Assembly: GCA_965637545.1 (NCBI GenBank)
Contig: OZ281501.1
Location: 1,054,001-1,118,000, forward strand
Origin: Phallusia mammillata
Lineage: Eukaryota
Direction of reading: 5' to 3'
Length of the DNA stretch: 64,000 bases
A program made the position numbers and the translations under genes. The notes beneath the pieces were generated by a model. The model was not told the DNA's origin. It was given only the letters and a program-made list of their open reading frames with translations, and did no database searches. Shown here piece after piece: positions 15,131 to 29,100 of this stretch. Every line of letters starts with the position of its first letter. The first letter of the stretch is position 1.

Positions 15131-16512
15131 TTTACAATTTCTTTTCTCACATTGAATCTAACACAACCGTTGGGCAGCTGTCCCAACAAGTCTAATAACG
15201 ATACTTGGTAAATTCCTCGAGATTTTTTCACCATAAACGATCCTGTTTCCATTCAGAGACCATCTGTTACACTAGGCTGCATGAAAACACATGCAAACAG
15301 GCCATTTTTAGAGCTCTAGTTGTTAACACTTGCCATCGGCAACCGAGCGCATGCAGTCCATGTTGGTTAATTATTAAAATAAAAAGTTTAAACTCTCACC
15401 ACGTATCTGAAACTTCGGACTGTTGTGTTTGCTTTGGGCAATAAATCCTGCACATGTTGACTTAATTTGCCGCAATAACTGCTAATTTAAAAATATCTAG
15501 GACATTTGTTTGTGACAAATATGAACGTTTACACAGACTGACCATTACGATGCAAACGTTTAGAATTAAATTGTTCATATTCCCCGTGTTGCTAATTAGG
15601 TTTGAGTGTGAAATTTGTGAGAAACACATTGGGGGACAATTTTGCTCTCTGATGAGATTAACCGTGCAAGACATGAAAATGTGCAACGTCTGTGTGGTTC
15701 GTTGCCAGGTCAGGCTTTATACCTGCTACTGGTACCACGTAGCCCAGTACAACCTGTCGCGGGTCGAGTGGCCGTCGACTAAACCGGCTTCCCATTCGTC
15801 TGCAGCCTTGCAGCAGTCACGCATTGGTTTGTGAAAGGCTAGGGGGACAACCCTGACTCAAAAATCCCAGGAATGTCTCTGAGCAAGTGTCCAGGTAGAC
15901 GCTCGAAAAAAATAATGAACACAAGCAGTGTTTTTTTAAGGTGCAAATTTCTCCAGCGGTTTCCCAAAATTTGGACTTGCAACTACAACTACAGTTTTTG
16001 GTATTTAAATGAAACACTTGCAGTCTCTTAAAACTACTTAGCGGTCACCCAAACCAAACCTTAAAAAAACCTGAACACAAGAACAAAAATGACCCTCAGT
16101 CCCTGGCAAAAAAAGGGTGCTTCGGATTGCAACTTCGGGTCCTCTTCTCGTTAGAGAGAGATGCGATCCGAAGGTAGAACCTTGTGTCCATAAAAGCGAG
16201 GGGACGCCAAGTCCCGGCCGATTGATTGATTGTGTGGCTTGAACTCTGAAGTACGAAATTAACTGCAAACTTTCGTTGACAATAACAAGAACCAAAGTCC
16301 ACTAACTAGCATAAAATATGCGCTCAAAAGTAAACTTACAGCTTTCTGACAAAGTTAAAAACTTACTAGATTCCAAACCTTGCGGAACAACAATGTTATG
16401 AGCAGTTTCGAATCAGTGTGAAGTCTTACAGTTTATTTGGAATACTAGAATGCAGTAAACGTCATATAAGTAAGGTGCGTCTGAATATGTGATCGTCAGC
16501 ATTAAATTTCAA

Positions 16513-19500
16513 TCAATATTTTGACAAAATTCGTTTTTTCTCTGATTCTTTTAAAATGCGACGAAGAATTTTTCCACTTTCTGATTTCGGAATTGCCTCG
16601 ATAAAGGTGATTCCCCCACGCAGATACTTGTACTTTGCAACTTTTTCTGCGTAAAACAACATTGAGTTTTAGAAAGTAGAAAAAAAAATCATGTAACTGG
16701 CAAAACCTTTCATGAAATCGTGAATATCTTTCTCTGTGAGATCTCGATCTTTTTTGACAACGTAAGCTTTGGGTAATTCCCCTGCTTTAGGATCGGGAAC
16801 ACCAATGACTCCTACGTCAGTAATCTTGGGATGACGTAACAATACGTCTTCCAATTCAGCTGGTGCCACCTAGTGAGAATTCGAAGGTTTTAGGTGATCT
16901 GTTTCAACACACGTGTATTTTCATAAAACTAACTTGAAATCCTTTGTACTTTATCAGCTCTTTCAGTCGATCAACGATATAGATAAACTCGTTATCATCG
17001 TAATGTCCGATATCTCCTGTATGTAACCAGCCTTCACTGTCAATCGTTTTTGCTGTCGCTTCAGGGTTCTTGTAATAACCTTTCATAACCTACAACATAA
17101 ATAAAAGCAGCTTGAAATGTGTTCGCAGTAAAGAAATTGTGCAGTTTACCTGTGGGCCTTTGTAGCAAATTTCACCGTCTTCATTAGGACCCAGTTCCCT
17201 TCCGTTGTCTGTATCAATAATCTGCCAACGCACAAAAAGTGACTGAGGATTTTTGCTTGATTCAATGTTTGCCGGAACTATTGTCAAAATCCTTGAACCT
17301 CAACAAAACCGTATGCAGTCATTGAGATACAAATCAAGTTTAAAGTGAGTTTCGAACCCACAAAACCAGTTTTTTAGAAACAAAAATGAGCTTGACAGAC
17401 TGCCTAACAGTTCAGCATATGATCATTTACACCAACAGTGAGATTTGCAGTCAAAAACAGTTTACCTTTAAAATAGTGTTGGGTGTGACGTTTCCAATTG
17501 AGAGAACGGGAGTATTAAGATCCATGTGTCGACTTCCAGGTGCTGCCTCTGTTAATCCCCAAACTGAACAAGAACAAAGTGTTGTTGAAACCTCGTAAAT
17601 ACTGAAGCAGGCCAATATACATAACAGAGATCATATAATTAACCCGTTACAAGCAGTGGTGGCACTTTTAAGTTTTCATTGAGGATCAAAAGAAATGCAA
17701 AATTTTTTACATCCTGACACCGAATTTAAACCGAATGTTAGCTGCTATACCAATCCCTTGTTTAGAAATTCACAAATTTGCCAGAAAAAGCGGTCACCTT
17801 GTTTTATTTTAACGTTAAGTTTTTCAGAGACCGACAACGCCACACTTTCAGGCAATGGCGCAGCACTGCAGTCAATTTCTTGTAAAGATAAAACTTTGAA
17901 GCCATGCTCCTGCGAAAGTTGATTTATTGCAAGTATGATGGGAGGTGTTGCAATCAAGCGCGAAATCTGTAAGCAATAATGTCACAACGGTTAGCATTTC
18001 AAATGTTTACTCTTTTAAATAATAAAGAATTATAACAACATTACCTTGAGCTAACTTATTCACAAGCAAACATATCAACTTAAAAATATTTGGCATTCAT
18101 GATTTTCAGACTTATATGCAGTCAAAAATACGAAGATTAGTAACCCTGTATTTCAGAATGTCTTGCAACATCTGCTTCGAGTCGAATCGTTGCTTGGTGA
18201 CAATTTTGCTTCCTTTCATTAAAACCAGAAAGCAAATAGTGATGCCGTAGAGATGAAACAGAGGAAGAACCAAATAAACGATATCGAGACGAGACCAAAA
18301 AAACGAGGCCCTAAATGTGAGGAATGTTTAACTTTGAGACAGATTAAAACATAACTTGGGCATTAAACAAAGTCTGAAATCAAAGTCAACCGCTCTAGCA
18401 TTTGGTTTGTAAGACAACTTTTTGGAAACTAATTATTTTGGGTTTGCCATCGTATTTTAAACTCTGCTTGCATCTCCTGTAGGTTGACCTACTCGCAAAT
18501 GGTTAAATGTGCAATCAAGTTTCTGTGCGTGAGCATGACACCCTTAGGAAGCCCAGTGGTTCCGCTGGAGTAGAGGATTAAAGCCACATTATCCGGGTCG
18601 ACAGAAACGCCAAGAGGAAAGTCTGATCAATAAATTGAATCTTGTGTAATTAATCAACCGAAGCAAAAGCTCAAACTACATTAGTACTTGTATAATATAA
18701 TGTCTAACCTTTGGAATTTCCCTTGGCAAGAAATTGGGAAAATGTTTTTCGATTTGGTTGTTCTTCCATGTTAAATATTTCCTGCCAAAGTGACATAATG
18801 TGTACTCTGTTATTACTAGTATAAAACAAAGTATAATGGTAACTTACCTTAACCGAATTTATTTCCGCACAAACTTCTTGTACTTTGACGTAGTTCTCAG
18901 AATTGCAGAAAACAAATTTAGGTTCGGATTGTTTGAATTGGAATGAAAGTTCATCTAAAAACAGCAACAGTATATGTTATGTTGGTAGTTTGCAATCATA
19001 GTCAGACACACTCCAGAAAAATTAAAATGCCAAATATTTAACAAGACCTGAAGTCGTATAAGTGCAACTTAAATCCGGTTTTGTTGGTCATATCTTTAGC
19101 ATCCGATTCTAGAAAACAGGTTTCGATAAACAAAACCCCGATGAGCAGCTGGATTTTTCAACGGGTATACTTTCAACGGTTCTCAAGAAAACTTGCAAAC
19201 TAAACCTAAACGGTATTGAAGTGCTTTTTGGCGGAGTCATGCAAGAGAAAGAGCGACCCGAAACAGGTGTTTTATGGAGGCAATGGCAATGAAAGAAAAA
19301 ATACAAATGCAAGTGAAAGAACACAGTAGTGACGGCACTACAGGAATCCCGTCCCCCAGAAGCGGGCTTGTGTCCGATAGCCTGTGGGTAACGTAACACA
19401 TTACGGCCAGAAATGTAAGGAGCCCTATCAGAGCCAAATGGCGAAGTTAGTTTATTGGCCGAAACTTTAATCAATTATCCCCGGGCATACGCAGCGGGAA

Positions 19501-20346
19501 CAACGTTCGTGGAAGGATGATAACTGGTGGCACCAGAGCTGAGAGAGGACTTTACATGCACTTACTTTCTGGTGCACGTACACTACAATTGAATAAAGCA
19601 TGGACAGGAGTCGTGTTGCAAGTTCGTGGCGGGTAGAGGAAATGACGAAAGCAAACGTCGTTTAAGTTCTTTAAACTCAACTATTGCAGGCTGCAGTTCA
19701 AACAAATTGGAATATCCAAAGGCAGATAACGAAAACGCGGTATTGAAAGACGCACAGTATTACGTTAAACTTAAACATATGTTTTATCAACCTTTTTTAA
19801 GGCTCACTTTTAGTGTAGTTTAGATTTGAAGTAGTAAGTATTCCACCGCATGCATTCACTCCCAACACTAAGAAAGTGTATTCGGCACAGTTTGTGAGGC
19901 AAGTTGCCACCACATCACCCTTCCTCAACCCCATGCGGTAAAATGCACTCCCACATTTCCTGGAATTCTCACGTACTTCCTGGGACGTGTACTGGTTGTC
20001 ATTGTTTGAACTGTCAATCTGAGAGAAACATTGCAAATATGGATGAATAAAGTGGAACCTTAGACCTGGAAATATACTGAATATATTCTGGCATCAGATA
20101 GTAAAGATAGTCAAACAACTTAAAAGTCATTGAGTCGGAAATTTACAACGTTCCGTTTTTAGAATCTGTCTAAACTTCAATTGACAAAACTTTTTTTCTC
20201 ACTTGAGAGATAGATAACTAAGTTTGAGATGGAATGTAACTTACCATGGTAACCTTGTTTCCTTTTCTAGCAAGATTCGAAAACATATAATCACTAAAAC
20301 TGATATTAGGAATCACCAAATCCGGCATTGGACTTCGTAGGGGCAT
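16513..20346 (-). pseudogene. G4: luciferase/4CL-like gene with a single +1 frameshift (pseudogene or homopolymer assembly error), ends ILSKY
   Basis: Exons 20245-20346,19808-20018,18848-18954,18709-18781,18493-18622,18145-18311,17798-17966,17466-17563,17150-17221,16934-17089,16707-16869,16513-16646. Exon 6 is 167 nt instead of 166 because of an A8 run at 18297-18304. The other exons and splice sites are intact. Confidence 0.75.
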
Positions 20347-20967
20347 TTTGCAGATCTCTTGTTGTCTAAGAAGCAGCAATATCTAAGAAACGGACTTTCA
20401 AAATCCGCGAAATTTTACTTTCACTATTAGTTGACGAAATTGACACACTTCCTTCCACTGGAGAAACATTACTACAATTACAATTGTTATAAGACGGCTT
20501 ATACCTTACAGTAAGTAACGGTTGTCTGTATGTTCAAGGTAAATATCGTACCTCTTGCCTTTCTTCCTTCTTTGTGCTAACCAATTGCCTTGAGCTCTAT
20601 TCACTGGCCAGGATAAAACTTATAAGTTGCCGTTGGGTGGAGCTGTTTGATCAACTGTCACATAAAAAAACTTCGTCTGTTCGTTCGATTGCAATTCTTC
20701 AGAAGACAGTCTCCAATTGAAGATAAAAATATTCAGCGAATTTATTTAATTCATTCTCGGTATACCCAGGTACTCCCACTGACTTTCAAAGTTCCTCAAA
20801 ACAACACATCCGTATTCTGATCGGCAAAAACCTTATTCATTTATTCACTCTCGCAAACTTATCAAATAGATTTGAAAACAAAATAAAGATTTACTAAATA
20901 CTACGCAAGCATAAGCAACACACCAAAGGTAACTATATAACCTACGAATGAACTAATACTCTAATTT

Positions 20968-24300
<3,333 letters not shown>

Positions 24301-24960
24301 TTTGCAATTGCTTTTGTTGCAGCAACGTATATGAAAGGACTTTCAAAATCTGTCAAATTTACCTTTCACTATTAGTTGGCAAAATTGACACACTTCCTTG
24401 CAGTGAAATACATTGCTACATATACAATTGTTATAAGACGTCTTATAGCCTACGGCAAGTAACGGTTGTCTGTCTGCTTCAGGTAAATGTCGTACCTCTT
24501 GCCTTTCTTCCTTCTTTGCAGGAACGAAATGTCTTGCGGTAACCATATCTATTTACAGACAAGGATAAAATTTATGAGTTGCCGTTTGGTGGAGCTGTTT
24601 GATCAACTGTCACATAAAAAGCTTCTTCCGTTCGTTGGATTACAGTTCATTAGAACACAGTTGCAAATCTAAGATAAAATATTCGGCGAAATTATCTATT
24701 TTTTTCTCGGTATACCCAGCTAATCTCACTGGCTTTCAAAATTCCCCAAAGCAACACATTCGTATTCGGATCGGCAAAAAGCCCCTTTCATATGCATTTG
24801 TTCACTCTCAAACAAACTTATTAAGTAGATTTAAAAACAAAATAAAGATTTACTAAATACTACGCATAGGCAACACACTAAAGGCAACTATGTAACCTAC
24901 TAGTGAACTAAGAATAATTGACGAAGCAACAGTGCTTCCTAATCAAAATCAGTCAACAAA

Positions 24961-25020
24961 GTTGTTTAACGATATATATTTCACCCCAAAAGGGCATCTT
25001 CAGTCGTTCTGTGAAACAAC
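24961..25020 (-). ncRNA. Type I hammerhead ribozyme, intact core, AUA site
   Basis: Minus strand: GTTGTTT cacag AACGA CTGAAGA T GCCC-tttt-GGGGT GAAA TATA TA TCGTT AAACAAC. P1 5+7 bp with a 5-nt bulge. Confidence 0.78.
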
Positions 25021-25089
25021 GGTTGTAAAAGTAAAACAAACCAAGCAATGAACTAAATACATATTAAACACACCAAACACACTTGTGAA

Positions 25090-28000
25090 CTAATAATCTA
25101 ATTTTCGAAATGTATTTTTCTCTGCTCCTTTCAAAACGCGACGAAGAATTTTTCCACTTCCAGATTTCGGAATTGCGTCGATAAAGGTAATTCCTCCTCG
25201 CAGATATTTGTACTTGGCAAGTTTGTCTGCAGAAAACAACAAAGAGCTTTGGCAATTTGCTGAAATCGAACTCGCGTGACAAGTCAAACCTTTCATGAAC
25301 TCGTGAATTTCTTTCTCTGTGAGATCGGGGTCGTTTCTGACAACATAAGCTTTGGGTAATTCCCCTGCTTCGAGATCGGGAACACCAATGACTCCTACGT
25401 CAGCGATCTTTGGATGACGTAACAATACGTCGTCTAGTTCAGCTGGTGCAACCTAAATATGGCGTAATGCTTACTTTAATCTATGGGATGTATTCTTACT
25501 TGAAATCCTTTGTACTTTATCAGCTCTTTCAGCCGATCAACGATATAGATAAACTCGTTTTCATCGTAATGTGCGATATCTCCTGTATGTAACCAGCCTT
25601 CACGGTCAATCGTCTTGGCTGTCGCTTCAGGGTTCTTGTAATCGCCTTTCATCACCTGCAACATAAATGAAAAGAGCTTGAAATGTGTTAGGGCTTAAAA
25701 GATTGTGTGCAGTTTACCTGTGGGCCTTTAATGCAAATTTCACCGTCTTCATTGGGACCCAGTTCCCTTCCACTGTTTGTATCAATAATCTGTCAACACA
25801 CATAAAAGCAAACGGTAATCATCCTATATTATTGTGTACCGGTTCTGCCGAAGGCTCGCACATATGACCATTAACTAATACAGGTGTTAAGATGTAGAAT
25901 GAAAGACAAGTTTGTAGTGGCTTTCTTACCAACGGCTAGAGGCTTTGGGTGAGTGGATTGTGCAAACCAGGTTCAGAACAAGGCAACAACCGTGAAAAGT
26001 TTACCTTCAACAAAGTGTTAGGTGAGGGGTTCCCAATTGAAAGTACGGGAGTGCAATCATCCACGGATGAGCAGCGGGGACTCCTTCAGTCATACCCCAA
26101 CCTAAATAACGTTAAACTGTGATCTGGTGTGAAGATACCACTCGTTCAAACTAGTTTCATTTCGCTTAATCTACAGACGTGATTCCAACATATGGAAGGA
26201 ATTTGAAATTGTTTTTCAATGCTTTTATTACTTTTAACAAAAGCCTACAAAGGCCTAAAAGCAACTAGCTGCTGAAGAACATGACGCCTGCTTGGATGAA
26301 ACAACTGTTGATTACCGTTTTTAATGTTGACGTTAAGTTTCTTTGACACAGACAGTGCCACGCTTTCAGGCAATGGTGCAGCACCGGTGTCGAGCTCACG
26401 TAATGAAGAAATATCGAAGCCATGATTTGGTGGAAGTTGGTCCATTGCCACTATAATGGGTGGGACGGCAATCAATCGAGTGATCTATGCATAGAAATAT
26501 ATCGGTTAGCTGAATTGTAAACTGGTCCAAAATTCGAGCCCGAACCCGAAAGTATGAGTCTTAAACCCGGTCCGAAAAGCCTACAAAACGTACTACTGTA
26601 TATAATAGCATTAAAAACGGCGTTTTAGGGCAGTTGGGCATTAAGCGAAGTCTAGCAACAAGCTACTTAGTTGTTTAATTTTATTTATAAAACCAACGGG
26701 CAGAGAATTTAAAGTCAGGCCCGAATCAAGCCCGTTTGTTTAACAAAAACCCGGCCCGAACCCGAACCCGATCCGAAAAGCCCGGGCCGACTTACAACTC
26801 TGTCATTTAGTGTTTCGATGGGAATTTTCACAATAACACTTGATTATGACAACAATACGGATCACTTGGTATATTATCATTAAGAATGGTGGTATTGTGG
26901 TTTGTAAAAGACAATTGTGTCTTAAGTTTTTTCAGTTGACCTGTAATTGGGCACTGGGCAATATAAGCTTTATTTGGGTAGTTCATTTACTAAATTAGTC
27001 ATGTTGATGAGCCTAAAAACACAATCTTTATTGTTGGAGTTATGATACAAAGTTGTTTTACCTTGTATTTTTGAATATCTCCCATCATTTGCATCAAGTT
27101 GAATCGATGCCTGAGAACAACTTTGCTTCCTTTTGACATAAACAGGAGCGACATTATGGTTCCGTAAATATGAAACATGGGAAGAACCAGGTAGATTGTG
27201 TCGATGTGAGACCAGCGCATTGATGCACTACAATATTGCAAGGAAAACTTAACATGTGAAATTGTTTTAAGATTTGCCTTAACACAGAGTTGGCTGTGGA
27301 CATGCGACTTTTCCAGCTGGCTACACTTACAGTGTTAATGTTTTTGCTAAACTTTTGTAAAATTCTTTTTCGTGTAAACCTACTCGCAAAGGGTCAAGAT
27401 TGAAACCAAGTTTCTGTGTGTAAGCATTACACCTTTAGGAATCCCAGTGGTTCCGCTGGAGTATAGGATTAAAGCCACATCATCCGGGTCGACAGAAACA
27501 TCGAGAGGAAAGTCTGATAAAGAAAACAGATCGGGTATCTTTTACAAAGCAAAGTAAAAGCATGTAACATAATTTCCAACCTTTAGAATTCCCCGCTTCA
27601 AGGAACTGGGAAAATGTTTTTGTATTGGGTTTGTCTTGCAAGCTAAAGATTTCCTGTCAAATGGACATGTGTATACTGTGTGTTATCAGTATAATTAGAT
27701 ACTATTAACTTACTTTAACGGAGTCAAATGCTGCACAAACTTCTTGAAGTTTAACGTAGTTCTCACAATTGCAGAAAACAAATTTGGGTTCGGTTTGTTT
27801 GAACTGAAAGGAAAGTTCATCTGCAAACAACGGCAGTTCATGTAATATTCCAAAAATTTACCATTTTTGCTCCGACTAAAGCATACAGCCAACCTTTAGT
27901 ATAGTTTGGGTTTGACGTAGTAAGTATTCCACCACATGCATTCACTCCCATCACTATGAAAGTGTATTCGGCACAGTTTGTGAGACAAGTTGCCACCACA

Positions 28001-28525
28001 TCACCTTTCCTCAACCCCATGCGGTAAAATGCACTCCCACATTTCATGGCATTCTCACGCACTTCTTGGGACGTGTACTGGTTGTCATTGTTGGAGCTGT
28101 CAATCTGAACGAAAAATAATAGTCACAAGATAAGTGTTTTGACCAAACAATGATTGACCATCTCTGCAAGAATTTTACGTGGCTATAAAATATTGCAACT
28201 GTACTTGAAGTCAAGCGACAAACTCGAATAAACCAAGAAATTAGGTTTCCCTACCGCTTAGCAAGAGAGTAAATAAATGATAGTACAATATTAGTATCTT
28301 ACTGATATGTATTTATTTATTGTAACGCTAGGTTGTCGTCCCTGTGTTGTGACTTCATTGATCGAATAAAACAGCAATTAATACAGGTAACAGCGTAAAG
28401 GTTTATGCGTTCATGGCATTTACCATAGTAACCTTGTTCCCTCTTGTGGCAAGATTCGAAAACATATAATCACTAAAACTGACAGCAGGAATTACCAAAT
28501 CCGGCATTGTACTGCGAAGCGGCAT
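25090..28525 (-). pseudogene. G6: chimeric (G3-like 5', G5-like 3') luciferase/4CL-like pseudogene
   Basis: Exons 28424-28525,27894-28104,27714-27820,27581-27653,27384-27513,27062-27227,26316-26484,26005-26101,25718-25789,25500-25655,25290-25452,25090-25226. Exon 8 is 97 nt (-1 frameshift near 26065, TGA at the exon end); MKGY>MKGD at 25641-25643. Confidence 0.85.
26530..26802 (-). repeat. Interspersed repeat with CCCGAA microrepeats; second copy at about 1965-2240 (+)
   Basis: Terminus CAGAGTTGTAAGTCGGCCCGGG vs CAGACTTGTAAGTCTGGCCTGG; other end TTCGGGCTCGAAT in both copies. Confidence 0.55.
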
Positions 28526-29049
28526 TCTGCAATTTCTCTTTTGACAGTATTGTTATTAAAATGATTTATGAAATCTGCTAAATACATATTTCACTATTAT
28601 TTGGGCAACTAAATTAGACAAATACACGCATAGCAACCACAGACATTTTTTTTAACTGTTTCTTTAATTAACAACCGTTGTCTTGCCGCTCAAGACAACG
28701 TCGTACCTCTTGTCTTTGTTTCCCAATGTCGGCGACCAAACGATCTCTATTTATAAACGAAGAGGTAGGCATTGTCGCTTGTTCGAGTAATTCTAACCCC
28801 CAGTCATAAAATTGACTCTGTCTGTTTTTTTGGATTAACGTTGATTGAAACACAGTTTTTCAATTTAGGATAAAAACACTGTGTCGTGCCATTTTTCAAT
28901 TCCTTTTCTCACCCTAAGGTATATTCCAACCATTTGACCTTTGTGTTTTACTTCAACATGTAAACTGAAGATACTTAGGAACACTATGCACGGACTTGAA
29001 AAGTAGTTTAATCATAAACATTACTGCCAAGGTAGTGGTGTATATAGAA

Positions 29050-29100
29050 TACATCGTGTAGACGTTTCGACAATCTCTGCTGTCATCATCAGTACATGTA
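29050..29100 (-). ncRNA. Minimal type I hammerhead ribozyme, intact core, GUC site
   Basis: Minus strand: TACA TGTA CTGATGA T GACAG-cagaga-TTGTC GAAA CG TC TACA cga TGTA. P1 4+4 bp with a bulge, P2 5 bp, palindromic minimal P3. Confidence 0.8.

Noticed and set aside
19325-19400. Twister- or HDV-like ribozyme
   Set aside because: Hairpins exist, but the conserved loop lengths, UAA junction and pseudoknot pairings could not be satisfied.
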